DNA of 64,000 bases. Origin: Guillardia theta CCMP2712 (lineage: Eukaryota; Protista; Cryptophyta). The notes beneath the pieces were generated by a model that was not told the origin of the DNA, ran no database searches, and was given only the letters and a program-made list of their open reading frames with translations. Position 1 is the first letter of the stretch, and the number at the start of each line of letters is the position of its first letter. A program made the position numbers and the translations under genes. The stretch spans positions 65,080 through 129,079 of the forward strand of contig NW_005434642.1 of NCBI RefSeq assembly GCF_000315625.1. Reading direction: 5' to 3'. Shown here one piece after another: positions 39,349 through 52,151 of this stretch.

Positions 39349-42300
39349 TCACGCCTTCGATTTCTCTAAGTCCGTCATGAGCTCATTGCAGATGGCTGTT
39401 AACTGTTGGTTCTCGGAAACTTTCAAGTCCAGCTCGTTCTTAAGCGCCTTCTTCTCCATCTCCGCCTTCTGCATCTGAACGCGCAGAAGCTTGATCTCCT
39501 TCTCGCTGCAGTCAGACGCCAGCAGGGCCCAACCCTCGTCTCACCTTCTCAAGATCCCCACCTCCCGCTTTCGACTGCTGCGAGGCTGCGGTCTTCAACT
39601 CGAGGTTCTCAGCCTGGGCAGGCAAGGGGTCAGGACAGAGGAGGAGCAACAAGACACCTACCTCTAGCTTGCTCACCCTTCCCTCGAGCTCCGCCTTTGC
39701 TGCATTGGAGGACTTGAGCGTCTGCTCCAGCGTCGCGTACTCGATCTTGTAGTTCTCCGTCTTCCTCCTCTGCTCGATCAACTCCTGCAGAAGGACGAGT
39801 TGAGGGCAAGCGGGAGGAGGAGGAGAGAGGAAGAGCAAGGGAGAGAAGAGATGAGGGGGAGGGAGGGAGGAGATGGAGGAGGAGGTACCTGCTGAGCCAT
39901 CTGCGCCTTGACATTCAGGGTAACGATGTTGGAGTCGCGCTCGCTGATGGACTTCTCTGCGCTGGAGAGCTTCTCTGCCAGCAGCGCGCACTCCCTGCTC
40001 CTGCTCTCCGACTCCTTCATCACCCTCTCCTCCAGCTCCTTGATCTTCTCCTCTCGCACTGCCCCCTGCTGCTGGCAGCTCCTCAGGATCTCGTTGGTCT
40101 CGAGGAGGCTCTGCGACAGGTCGCTGTTCTTGGCGTCTGCCGCGGCGTAATACTCCTTGAGCTTCGTGTACCTCCCGTGAAGCTCGTTGAACGCTGCCTC
40201 CAGCTCCTACACGATCCAGTCAGAAGGATGGAGGAGAACTCTGACCTTTAAGGGAGCGACTGAGTGAGAGCGGAAGGGGAGGAGCAAAGCGGAAGAGAAG
40301 GAGAGGAGCGGGGAATACATCAGCATAGTTCTTGGTCTCTGTCAACTCCTTAGAGAGCTTCTTGTTCTCCTGCCTCTCCTTCTCGAGGATGCCAGCCATC
40401 TCGTCGACCGTGTTGTCTGCCTCCTGCACCAGAGGCTGTCAATCGCAGGAGCAAAAGGAGGAGGGGGAGGAGACACAGACCTTGATAGCAACTTGAAGCC
40501 TCTCGTTCTCAGTCGTCATGGACTTCTTGACGTCCTCCAGCTCCTTCTCAGCTGCCGCGAGCTTGCTGGTGATCTGTCGCTTCTCGTTGTCAAGCTTGGC
40601 TTGCAGGGCTTCAGTGTTGTAGCTCGAGATTCGCTCCACGTCCTCCAGCGTGTACAGCTGGCGGGCTCTTCCCGACGATGTGAAGGCCGAGGGCTCGACG
40701 GGTGCAGCAGCAGGAGGAGCCGGGTTGACCGTCTTGAGTACGTCCCACTCGCTTGAGATCTCCCACACGACCTTCTCCTTCTCCTTCTCCTTCTTCTCCT
40801 CCTCCGTCTTCCCTTCCCTCTCCTCAGGATGGCCCGCCGGCTTCACGGCTGCCTGCATCGCTTCCCTGTCGTCCTCGCAAACGTCGGAGATCCTGAGGTC
40901 AGCCATGTCCAGCACGTCGTCCTCGTCCAAGAGGTCACAGAGAGCGTTGGCGTTGTCGAGGGCCCCGGGGGATAAGGTGAGACGATTCTGACGCGCCATA
41001 AGTTACAAAAGGAAGCAAAGGAGAAGAGAAGGACAGGGAAGGAGGAGAAGAGAAAGAGCAAATCAACTGAAAGGGGCCTGCAAACAAGAGACATACCTTA
41101 CTGATGGACGAGTGCGGCGAGGGCAACGGGACCTTGAAAGCTGGAGAAAAGACTGACGACAACTCCTTGCAGTCCGCGCACTTGCATCCTGCCTTCCTGA
41201 TGCACTTCACCTCCCCTGAGCTCTCCTCCTTCCCTCCAATGCAGATAGACGCCATCGCCTTGCAGTCCGAGCACGTGCACCCCGCCCGCCGAAGACACAC
41301 CTCTCCTCCTTCCTGCGCCGCCGCCGCCTCGTCCTCTACGGCCTCCGTAGGCTTGGTCGTCTCCTCTGCCTCTGCCTCTGCCTCTGCCTTGGCGACTTCC
41401 TCCTCTGCCATCGCCTGCTCCACCTCCTCTTCCTTGGCCACTTGCTCGTCAGCAGCCTCCTTGACATCCGCCTGCTCCTGCTCCTGCTCCTCGGGCTTCG
41501 AGTCAACCTCCTCCTCCTCCTTCTTGAGAGGAGTGACCGCAAGGGTGATCCCCGCCATCGCAAGGCAGTCCGCGCACTTGCATCCTGCCTTCCTGATGCA
41601 CTTCACCTCCCCTGAGCTCTCCTCCTTCCCTCCAATGCAGATAGACGCCATCGCCTTGCAGTCCGAGCACGTGCACCCCGCCCGCCGAAGACACACCTCT
41701 CCTCCTTCCTGCGCCGCCGCCACCTCGTCCTCTACGGCCTCCGTAGGCTTGGTCGTCTCCTCTGCCTCTGCCTCTGCCTCTGGCTTGGCGACTTCCTCCT
41801 CTGCCATCGCCTCCTCTTCCTTGACCACTTGCTCGTCAGCAGCCTCCTTGACATCCTCCTTGACATCCGCCTGCTCCTCCTCGGGCTTCGAGTCAACCTC
41901 CTCCTCCTCCTTCTTGAGAGGAGTGACCGCAAGGGTGATCCCCGCCATCGCAAGGCAGTCCGCGCACTTGCATCCTGCCTTCCTGATGCACTTCACCTCC
42001 CCTGAGCTCTCCTCCTTCCCTCCAATGCAGATAGACGCCATCGCCTTGCAGTCCGAGCACGTGCACCCCGCCCGCCGAAGACACACCTCTCCTCCTTCCT
42101 GCGCCGCCGCCACCTCGTCCTCTACGGCCTCCGTAGGCTTGGTCGTCTCCTCTGCCTCTGCCTCTGCCTCTGCCTCTGACTTGGCGACTTCCTCCTCTGC
42201 CATCGCCTCCTCCTCCTTGACCACTTGCTCGTCAGCAGCCTCCTTGACATCCTCCTGCTCCTGCTCCTGCTCCTCGGGCTTCGAGTCAACCTCCTCCTCC

Positions 42301-43867
42301 TCCTTCTTGAGAGGAGTGACCGCAAGGGTGATCCCCGCCATCGCAAGGCAGTCCGCGCACTTGCATCCTGCCTTCCTGATGCACTTCACCTCCCCTGAGC
42401 TCTCCTCCTTCCCTCCAATGCAGATAGACGCCATCGCCTTGCAGTCCGAGCACGTGCACCCCGCCCGCCGAAGACACACCTCTCCTCCTTCCTGCGCCGC
42501 CGCCGCCTCGTCCTCTACGGCCTCCGTAGGCTTGGTCGTCTCCTCTGCCTCTGCCTCTGCCTCTGCCTCTGGCTTGGCGACTTCCTCCTCTGCCATCGCC
42601 TGCTCCACCTCCTCTTCCTTGGCCACTTGCTCGTCAGCAGCCTCCTGGACATCCTCCTTGACATCCGCCTGCTCCTGCTCCTGCTCCTGCTCCTCGGGCT
42701 TCGAGTCAACCTCCTCCTCCTCCTTCTTGAGAGGAGTGACCGCAAGGGTGATCCCCGCCATCGCAAGGCAGTCCGCGCACTTGCATCCTGCCTCCCTGAT
42801 GCACTTCACCTCCCCTGAGCTCTCCTCCTTCCCTCCAATGCAGATAGACGCCATCGCCTTGCAGTCCGAGCACGTGCACCCCGCCCGCCGAAGACACACC
42901 TCTCCTCCTTCCTGCGCCGCCGCCACCTCGTCCTCTACGGCCTCCGTAGGCTTGGTCGTCTCCTCTGCCTCTGCCTCTGCCTCTGACTTGGCGACTTCCT
43001 CCTCTGCCATCGCCTCCTCCTCCTTGACCACTTGCTCGTCAGCAGCCTCCTTGACATCCGCCTGCTCCTGCTCCTGCTCCTCGGGCTTCGAGTCAACCTC
43101 CTCCTCCTCCTTCTTGAGAGGAGTGACCGCAAGGGTGATCCCCGCCATCGCAAGGCAGTCCGCGCACTTGCATCCTGCCTTCCTGATGCACTTCACCTCC
43201 CCTGAGCTCTCCTCCTTCCCTCCAATGCAGATAGACGCCATCGCCTTGCAGTCCGAGCACGTGCACCCCGCCCGCCGAAGACACACCTCTCCTCCTTCCT
43301 GCGCCGCCGCCACCTCGTCCTCTACGGCCTCCGTAGGCTTGGTCGTCTCCTCTGCCTCTGCCTCTGCCTCTGCCTCTGACTTGGCGACTTCCTCCTCTGC
43401 CATCGCCTCCTCCTCCTTGACCACTTGCTCGTCAGCAGCCTCCTTGACATCCTCCTGCTCCTGCTCCTGCTCCTCGGGCTTCGAGTCAACCTCCTCCTCC
43501 TCCTTCTTGAGAGGAGTGACCGCAAGGGTGATCCCCGCCATCGCAAGGCAGTCCGCGCACTTGCATCCTGCCTTCCTGATGCACTTCACCTCCCCTGAGC
43601 TCTCCTCCTTCCCTCCAATGCAGATAGACGCCATCGCCTTGCAGTCCGAGCACGTGCACCCCGCCCGCCGAAGACACACCTCTCCTCCTTCCTGCGCCGC
43701 CGCCGCCTCGTCCTCTACGGCCTCCGTAGGCTTGGTCGTCTCCTCTGCCTCTGCCTCTGCCTCTGCCTCTGGCTTGGCGACTTCCTCCTCTGCCATCGCC
43801 TGCTCCACCTCCTCTTCCTTGGCCACTTGCTCGTCAGCAGCCTCCTTGACATCCTCCTTGACATCCG

Positions 43868-43906
<39 letters not shown>

Positions 43907-45079
43907 CGGGCTTCGAGTCAACCTCCTCCTCCTTCTTGAGAGGAGTGACCGCAAGGGTGATCCCCGCCATCGCAAGGCAGTCCGCGCACTTGCATCCTGC
44001 CTTCCTCATGCATGCAACGAGAGCAGGGGCATCAGGCTCGCTTAGTTTCTCCTCGGCATCGACTTGTTTCTTGCTGGTGGTAACTGAGGCGGCTTGCGGT
44101 GCATCAACATTGGCACGTTCTCCATCGGGTTGCTGTGACGGTTCGCCGAGAGGACTGCAAGGGTTTTCCTTTTGATTGCTTTGCAGGTTTGCCTGCTGGA
44201 TTGCCCATTCAATCTCTTCCTCTGAGAATCCCATTTCAGTCATGGAGGCTCGCATCTCCTGGTTCTTTTCATGGCAGCTCTCTTGACAGTCTCCGTCTTT
44301 CGCGTCATCATCTGCAAGAATGTTGTCTTCCAGCCGTGTCATTCAAAACCAACGAGACTTTCAAGCTCACCGATCCGGTCGATGATCTGATCTGAAAGAT
44401 CGTGGAAGGACTGGTTCCCAGCCGCATCCTTCTCTACAGCCGGCTCGCTGGGCTTCTCATCTTTCCCGCTGTCGTCGGCTTGAATCTCAGACACAATCTC
44501 CTCCCACACTTGGTCTGGGAGCATGGGAGGCGGTCGTGAAGAAATCTTTGGAAGCTTCGGCTGCACAGCATCTGGCAGACAAGTGTGAGAGACAACAAGG
44601 GCAGGTGAAACTCTTGGACCTGCTTTTGAGTCCACATGATCTGGATTGAACTTGGGCAAAGACGACTCTTTCACCTTGCTCAAGGACGGCAGGGCAGGAG
44701 GATTTTCAACAAGGAAAGAGAGCCGGATAGCCTTGACTTGAGCCTGGCAAGAAGCAGTCTCAACTAAACAAAAGACCAGGGGTAGATTAATTACTTGTTT
44801 CTGTTCCAAAGTCTGTTGGCAGTCCACCACTGCTTGCTTCTCCGTAGCGTCTCCCAACACAGGCAACGCTAAAGATCGCAAGACGCCACTGTCTCTGACC
44901 CGAAACATGACCTCGTCATCTCCTTCCTCAACAAACTTGAAGTCCGTCCCAGATGTCCAGCACGTGTTCACAGGAGTCTCGGCACTCGCCATTGCCCGTC
45001 GGCAGAGCACTGGGGTCTCGACATTCGACAGATCTTTGAATGCGCCTCTCGACCTCTCTTCTTCCCCTGGAGAAGACAT
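39349..45079 (-). CDS. TACC-like coiled-coil protein with a UBA-like motif and 15 Cys4 motifs in an acidic tandem repeat
   Basis: C-terminus ELEAAFNELHGRYTKLKE and LDLKVSENQQLTAICNELMTDLEK match the TACC domain. Upstream: MTEMGFSEEEIEWAI (UBA-like) and RGAFKDLSN (D-box-like). Confidence 0.72.
41160..44015 (-). repeat. Coding minisatellite of about 7.3 near-identical units, 387-420 bp each
   Basis: Spacings between equivalent positions are 393, 387, 420, 393, 390 and 396 bp, all multiples of 3. Confidence 0.97.
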
Positions 45080-45619
45080 GTTTGTCTGCACGAACATCAG
45101 AGAAATATGAACCAAAATAGGAAATAATGAGCTCTCTGTAACGCAATTCTAACGAAATTATTGATTACAAAGAGCACAGTGGTATGGATAAGAGGGAGCA
45201 AAGGAAATACATACTTCACTTCACATACGCATCTTGATCAATGTGTGGCAAGCTGTGGCACATTTACAGCAGCATTGTGTGCAAGTTTTAGCAAACGGAA
45301 ACCTAGAGGCACTCGATCTGCTATACATGAAACTACGCTTCGAGCACATGATTGTTGTGAAAAAAATACTATACAAACGCAACAAAACAGAAAAGTACAT
45401 ATGCAGCTTCTGATGACATTCATTCATTGCTTTCGACTCAATATCATCATCTTCACATCGAACTCAGTTCTACTTCTCTCTGTCTGTCATTCACACTTCT
45501 CGCTTGAGCTCCCTTCCTCCCTTCCCTCCCCTCCTGGCGAGGTTTGAAACGGAAAACAAATTCAAATCCTTAGCTACCACCACGCCTCTCAACGGACGAT
45601 AACCGTAAGTAAGGTAGTA

Positions 45620-45900
45620 CGGTCGACGGTTTTAGAGTCCGTTGACCGTGTGCCCGGTGACCGTCTGACAGCGGCAGTGCGGCCCGGCCACCGTCGGCGG
45701 CCCGCCGGTGGAAGTAGTACAGCACGGTTGTTGAGAGTCTAGGCTGGCCGGGCCGCGCGGAGCTCCGAGCCTGAGTCCGCCGCCGCCGCCGTCACCTGGC
45801 CGGCCGCCGTCCCGGCACTGCGGCAAGGCTCCACGGTGGGGCACGGAAGGCTTGCCAAGTCAGCGGTGTATCCGAGGCGGCCTCAGTGACCGTACCGTGG
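45620..45900. other. GC-rich, palindrome-dense intergenic tract (similar tracts at about 46590-46740 and 51170-51370)
   Basis: Same vocabulary as 1-300 and 3460-3870. Confidence 0.45.
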
Positions 45901-46763
45901 CAGTAATAGAATTGATGCCAGAGTAGGCAGGGGCCCTGAACCGACTCGGAGATGATCAGTGTACAAAATTGTCGTAGAGTCGGATCTTGAAAATGATCTT
46001 CATCATGTCTGGATGCTTCACATCCTTTTTGTGTGCATTGACTTGTGACGGACTCGGTCTTGAGCAAACTTGAACCTGTCACAGCTTGTTTGCACTACTT
46101 CAAGTTCAGTTTGGCATAGCACACTTTGAAGCCTTACAAACTTGATCGGAAGTTTGAGTAGGATCATGAGTCAAATGGAACTACCAGGAGATCTGGCGGA
46201 AGCCTTGTTTTTTATGTCACGGAGCTTTTGAAAACATTCAAGGAGCTACTTCTGGATTGGCCCCCGTGAACTTGGCAGGCCGGGTGGCCCCAACATCTTC
46301 AAACTTTGAAATGCCTTGAAACGGATGACGGTTCAAGTCCGGTGGCAACATCGCGGCAGCAATCTCTGGTCACAAGTTCTTTACAGTACGGTTCCGTGGC
46401 AAATTTTATCTTTTGGTCTGCTCTCTTCATCAGTGTGCACACTGATGATCTAATACTGAGCCCTCAGGCCATGAAAATCAGGCTTCTTCAGCCTGTGAGA
46501 ATGGACAATCCTTGAACCGTCACGGTTTCGAGGCGTCAGGCCAATTCTGGTCAGGCCGCCAATTCTGGAGCAAAAAACTGTCCGTGACTGGCTAAGTTAC
46601 TTCCCCGTGGGGGGCCCCGGCGTCCGGTGGGCCCGGCCGCCGCAGCCACCGTGGCACGGTGCCACGGTGCCACGACGGTGCGGCCGCGGGGCCAGGCCGG
46701 CCGGGCCCGTGCTGCCACTGAGCCCGCCCCCAGTCGGGGAGCAAGTAGTGGGAGATACCAAAA

Positions 46764-49700
46764 ATGGTGAGGCAGGGGAGACTTTCGACGCAGGCGCTGC
46801 TGCAGGCGCTGCTGGGCTTGTACTCAGCGGCATACTGCTGCCTGCTGGAGGGGAGCTTCACCAACGAGAGAGGAACGACGATCATCTCGAAGCAAGAGAG
46901 TAACTTCGTCGTCTCCTTTCTCAACGATGCTCAGGACAAGGAGGGTTGGTTGGTAGCAACCGGCACCCTGAGCAAGAATGGAAGTCGATGGTGCACGTGC
47001 GGAGCAGGGGGCAGTTGCACGTCGAGCGAAGGACTTTGTAGGGAGCTGACGGTGACTTTCATCAGGGCGAACAAGTCCGTAGCGATGGTGCTCAATGGTA
47101 CTGTCGAGCTGGACTGCCAGGGGGTAACATCATGGAGCAACGGGTACGGCGACTGGTGGAAGCCCGACCCGTCAATCAAAGAGCTGCACATTGTCTCTAT
47201 GACACATCTTGACGTCGGATTCACAAACACAACTCACAGCGTATGCGACATGTACTTTGAGAAGCATTTCCCTCAGGCCCTCGAAACCCATTACGAACTC
47301 AAGGCGCGAGGGGGTGCTGAAACCTACACATGGACTGTCTTCCCGTGGCTTCTCTTGGAGTTCTTCGATGGTGCAGCTGGCTGTGCTCGACGCAGACGGA
47401 CAGAGCAAGAGATGATGGAGATGAAGGTTGCAATCGAGAGTGGAGCGATCATCTGGCAAGCCAACGCCCTCAACTCCTTCATGGAGCTCTACGACGAGAC
47501 TCTTCTTGACTACAGCCTCTCTCTGAGACATGAGCTGAACGCCATGTTTGCTGCCAAGTCAGGACTGCTCGCAGGCAAGCAGACTGACGTGCCTGGAATG
47601 AGCATAGCTGCCGTACCAGCCTTGCACAAGAAAGGTCAATGCCGTTGGGTTCGGTTCATGTGTGATGATCAACCCAGGCGTGCGAGCGTTTCACATCGGA
47701 TACAACGGGGCCTGCAAGAAGCCCGAGGCTCTTCCTCCTCTCTTCAGGTCAGACGTCTTTGCTAGTCTCAAGTCCGTCAGACTTGCGTCAGGTGGCTGCA
47801 CAAAGAGTCGGGCAAGGAGTTGCTCGTCATGGCCGAGGCCTCGTACGGTTGGCTGGTTAGGTTTCAAGATATCGCGCTCGGTCAGTCTTGTCTCAACTTT
47901 TTGTTCTTGGACTGACTTCTGATCGAAGTCTTCCAGTATGGATCCGACAACGGTTTACCCCCAAAGCCAGGGCAAGTTTTACAATTTTGGCGAACGATGC
48001 AGAATCGATTTCCACAGGCGAAGGTTTTTCACACGCTTTGAGGCGTTTACATGATATCACTGATGTCTTAAAAGTTGATATCAAGCAGCCTTGACGCCTT
48101 TGTCTCGCGTGTTATGAACAGCCCAGGTTACGCAAACCTTCCCATCGTTGATAAGGACATTGGTAAGCAAATTGACCTGCTGGACTGCGATGGTCGGCAA
48201 AGTTTGACGCGTTGAGCAGGAGATTCGTGGCTGTATGGTTCTCCTGCTGACCCCATCAGACTTGGTATCTTGTGCTATCTTCTCCTCTCGCCCTCATCAT
48301 CTCTCCAGCTGCCTATCGCGAGGCCGTGCGATTCATCAATGAAAAGATCGGTACTCCTCTCCTCCATTTTCAACTCTCTCCTGACCGACCAAAGGGAGCA
48401 AAACGATATCACCAAGGCATCATTCGGTTGGCCTTGAGAGAATTTGCACATGACTGAGCTGATCTGCGCACTAGCTCAGGCGATACATGAGGAGGTTGCT
48501 CAAGGTACCTGAGATCCCTCGTGCTCCTCGTGCTCCTCGTGCTCTTCGTGCTCCTCGTCCTCGTCCTCGTGCTCCTCGTCCTCCTCGTCCTCCTCCTGCT
48601 CCTCGTCCTCCTCCTGCTCCTCGTCCTCCTCGTCCTCCTCGTCCTCCTCGAGCCCTTCCGCGTTTGTTTCCTCCTCATCCTCCTCTTTCCCGTTTTTGTT
48701 TCTGTTCCTTTTGCGTAGACTTACCGACAACCAGGGACCTCCGGAACACAATTGGGGTCTCAGCATAAATGATGTAGAGATAGGACACGCCTGTACGGCA
48801 ACGTGACAGCTGTCACAGTTCTTTCACGTCCTCAGAACCCCTGACGGGAACTGGAGCAACGAAGAGTTTCACCGGTTGCGGAGGTAGAACGTCTTGTTAG
48901 AATTAGTCTCTCCTTCCATTCACCATTTTTCCGAACAGGGTGGACTCGCGCTATGCCATGCTCGAGATGGTCAGGGCCGGTTCAACAAGAGTCCCTCTCA
49001 CAGTCAGTGCAGGAATGGGCAGATCAGAGGCTGTACAACCACCCGCTTCCCACTCACAACAAAGGTAATTCCCTTTAGACTCTCTTAAAGGCCTTGGGCA
49101 TGATGTTTGATGCAGGGACCTGGGGCCGTCTCGTGGAGGAGCTGGAGGGGAGGCTGAGGATGGTAGAAGGCGGGAAGGTCTGGTCCTCGGAGAGAGTCAG
49201 AGATCCTTCAAGGGGGAAGAAGAGGTGGAGAGCGATGAACCGTGCAGAAATCTCAAAGATGCGCAAATGCGGAGAGTATCTCGTATGCTCACTTGGACCT
49301 CTCCTCTTCTCCAATCCTCATGCTTGTACTCAGGTTGCGTTCAACACGACTGATGGATCTCTTTCCTACCTGAGGAGGAGTGAGGTAGTCTTCACTCCAT
49401 CTCGAAAATCCAACTGTCCCCAAACACCTTCAGGCTGGGGCGTTCCAGTGGGCCAAGTCGTTCGGAAGGATGAGGTAGATAGACAAGCTATGCAGTGACA
49501 AGAAGGCGCCGGGATGTTGAACATCTTGATCAGATATCGAACATATTCGGAGCAAGACTTCCTTCACTTCAACGAAGAGTACACCCCAGGTAATCGCCAT
49601 TGCTCGCAGTCTATCTCCCAGCTCCTCATCATCCGGCTCAGGTTGCATTCCTTGCGATGACTTTGCCAAACTCGGCATGGAGGTCCGCAAGATTGACTTC

Positions 49701-51006
49701 AAGTCCTCCGGGAGGCTGACTCTTGTAGACTGCCCATCCTGTCTCCCGTACTTGGGACTTCAGAGTTTCCTCTGCCGCTGCAAACATCATGAAAGGTATC
49801 CAATGCGCAGAATCTACATCGTTGTGGCGGCTCAACTTTGACTCAAATGCGATTGAGTTCCTGCAGATTCTTGTGAGATTCGCTTCACTTTGTCATCCGA
49901 GGACGAAGCTCACAGCAAGTACAGAGAGGGAGGCAGGGAGAGGGAGGGAGGGAGGGAGGGAGGGAGGGAGGGAGGGAGGGAGGGAGGGAGGGAGGGAGGG
50001 AGGGAGGGAGGGAGGGAGGGAGCTCCATATAAGCGCATCTTGCATGTCGCCTCTCCCCGTCTCACACTTGATGTCGCAGGTACGGTGCGCCTGGGAGCAT
50101 ACACGTTTGCCTCTTGCTCGATCCTCCTTCATCTACTCATCCATGACCGCAAGCTCTCCTACAACATCCCGGGACCAAACAAGACTGCAGTCAGTCTGCA
50201 AGTTTCTTGGACCAACAAGACAGCCACGTATCTTCCATCATCAGCCTCGTTCTCGATGACCAGCCTACAGGAGGCTCGCCGAATCCACTTGGATTTCCTT
50301 CGAACCAAACCATGAGACCAGCGCGACATGGCAGATGCACACGCTTGGAAGGTGAGGTACGGACTAGCTCGGCGGCTGCGTGACGTTGACGAAGTTGGCT
50401 GTCGCCATATCGAGTGGTGGAGAACGGCACAAGGCACGTCTTCTCCGTATGGTACCTCCTCCTTCTCCAACCTCAGCTTACGATCACGTCACTGAGTCTA
50501 TCAAGGGACGGAGTTCGGCTGATCCAAGAGACTTCTCCTACCTTGCAGCCGACCAGACAGCAAGGTCTCCTCTCGTCCTCACAACCTCCTGTGCTCGACT
50601 AATCCTCAGCCAGCGGGGGGCTCGGAACCTTCTTCTCCCTCCTCGTCCTCTCCCTCCTCTCCCTCTCCGTTCTCGCCCTCCTCCTCCTCCTCCTCCTCCT
50701 CCTCCTCCTCCTCCTCCTCCTCCTCCTCTCCCCCCGCCTCCCATTTCCTCATTCAGGCTTTGGATTCGCCACTGTTATCCTTCACAGACATCGATCACCT
50801 CATCTGGTGCAGCCCCCTCCCCCTCCTTCCCTCCTCTACCTTTGACTGCTCACCTCAGGTACGATGGAGGTTCTTCTCCTCCGCTGCCGTCGGACCCAGC
50901 AGGAGGGCTTCACTTCAACCTGCACAACAACCTCTGGGGAACTGCCTTCCCTCAGTGGTTCTCCGACGACGCAGCCTTCCGCTTCTTCATCTCGCTTCCC
51001 CCTTGA
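46764..51006 (+). CDS. Secreted DUF5054 / GH38-like glycoside hydrolase (multi-exon)
   Basis: Signal peptide; HIVSMTHLDVGFT, YTWTVFPWLL, KQTDVPG, DIGDSWLYG..ADP, LLKVPEHNWG, LHFNLHNNLWGTAFPQW. Confidence 0.8.
48516..48650. repeat. Intronic (CTCCTCGTN)-type microsatellite
   Basis: Directly visible, inside an intron of the DUF5054 gene. Confidence 0.8.
49940..50021. repeat. (GGGA)n microsatellite, intronic
   Basis: Directly visible. Confidence 0.9.
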
Positions 51007-51471
51007 CTCGGGGGGGGCACTGGCACACGGACAGTGACGAGACGATCCGATTCTGGCATGTTTGTAAAAGTTAAGATGCCGGATGGAGCCAATTTGAAGT
51101 GTACAGTACCGTACCGTTCATGGGGCCTTTACTCACGAGGACAAGTCGAGTCGGATGATCGGGAGAGTACAGAGTCACTGCCAGTGCGATCATAGGCCGT
51201 GAGCTGACTCTGTCACCGTCTGCCAGCTGGGCCGGGCCCCGGCCGCCAGCGGCGCTAGGGGATCCCCGGGTCCCCGCGGCCCGATGCACTCCGACTCGCG
51301 GCCCGGCCGGGCCCGGCGGGCGGCTCAACTGACTATGTGGGATCACCGACGGTGGTCAGTGAGCTCGCCTCAGCTATCAAAAGAATGAAATGTGAAAGTG
51401 AAACGGTAGCGAGCGGGAAGAGTGAGGGATGCATCGAGGGAGGGAGGGAGGGAGGGAGGTAGAGGGATAGA

Positions 51472-51631
51472 TAGAGGTAGAGGTAGAGGTAGAGGTAGAG
51501 GTAGAGGTAGAGGTAGAGGTAGAGGTAGAGGTAGAGGTAGAGGTAGAGGTAGAGGAGAGGTCGAGGTAGAGGTAGAGGTCGAGGTCGAGGTAGAGGTCGA
51601 GGTAGAGGTAGAGGTAGAGGTAGAGGTAGAG
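51472..51631. repeat. (GAGGTA)n hexamer microsatellite with GAGGTC variants
   Basis: Directly visible. Confidence 0.92.
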
Positions 51632-52151
51632 ATGTTGCAAAGCAGAGAAATCAAAATCAGAGGTCCAAGAAGCCTAAACCCCTCTCATTTCATGATATTC
51701 TTTTTCTAACCTCTTGCTTCCGGCAGTCTGATTTCAAGTGTGCACGGTTGCCAAGCATCGCTTTATGAGTATTGTTGAGGAGCTCCATGAAGTGTAAGGA
51801 TCCGAACTGGACCGAAAAGGTCCCCCTCCTGCTTCTCCCACAGGCGAATCAGATCAGAAGCAGTTTGAACCTCTCGTTGGATAGATCCTGCAACCAAGAT
51901 CTCGAGGCTCATGTCCAAGGTGCTGATCAGGGGAGGAATGAAATTCTGAGTCAGTGTGATGTTCCAGATCGATGTGACCTGTGCAACCTGGAAACCCGGT
52001 GTCGCTCCACCACGAGCAGCGTAGTTGATGTTATTGACACAAGACCAGCTCCAATGGCGCGCAGGTCTTGCATGGGTAAATCTAGCTCTGAATAATCTGC
52101 AGACGTTGACCTTGCGTTTATACTCTGTCTTGCATCAACAGGTAGGTTTCG

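Noticed and set aside
41160-44015. CRISPR-like periodicity
   Set aside because: No unique spacers and no cas genes; this is a eukaryotic coding minisatellite.
41104-44175. 1023-aa plus-strand ORF
   Set aside because: Antisense shadow of the in-frame coding repeat; the minus strand links to UBA-like and TACC exons.
48500-48766. Glu/Asp-rich ORF
   Set aside because: Translation of an intronic microsatellite in the DUF5054 gene.
51370-51709. RG-, VE-, ST- and LP-repeat ORFs; possible telomere-like array
   Set aside because: (GAGGTA)n microsatellite, internal, not a recognised telomere unit, with no coding support.
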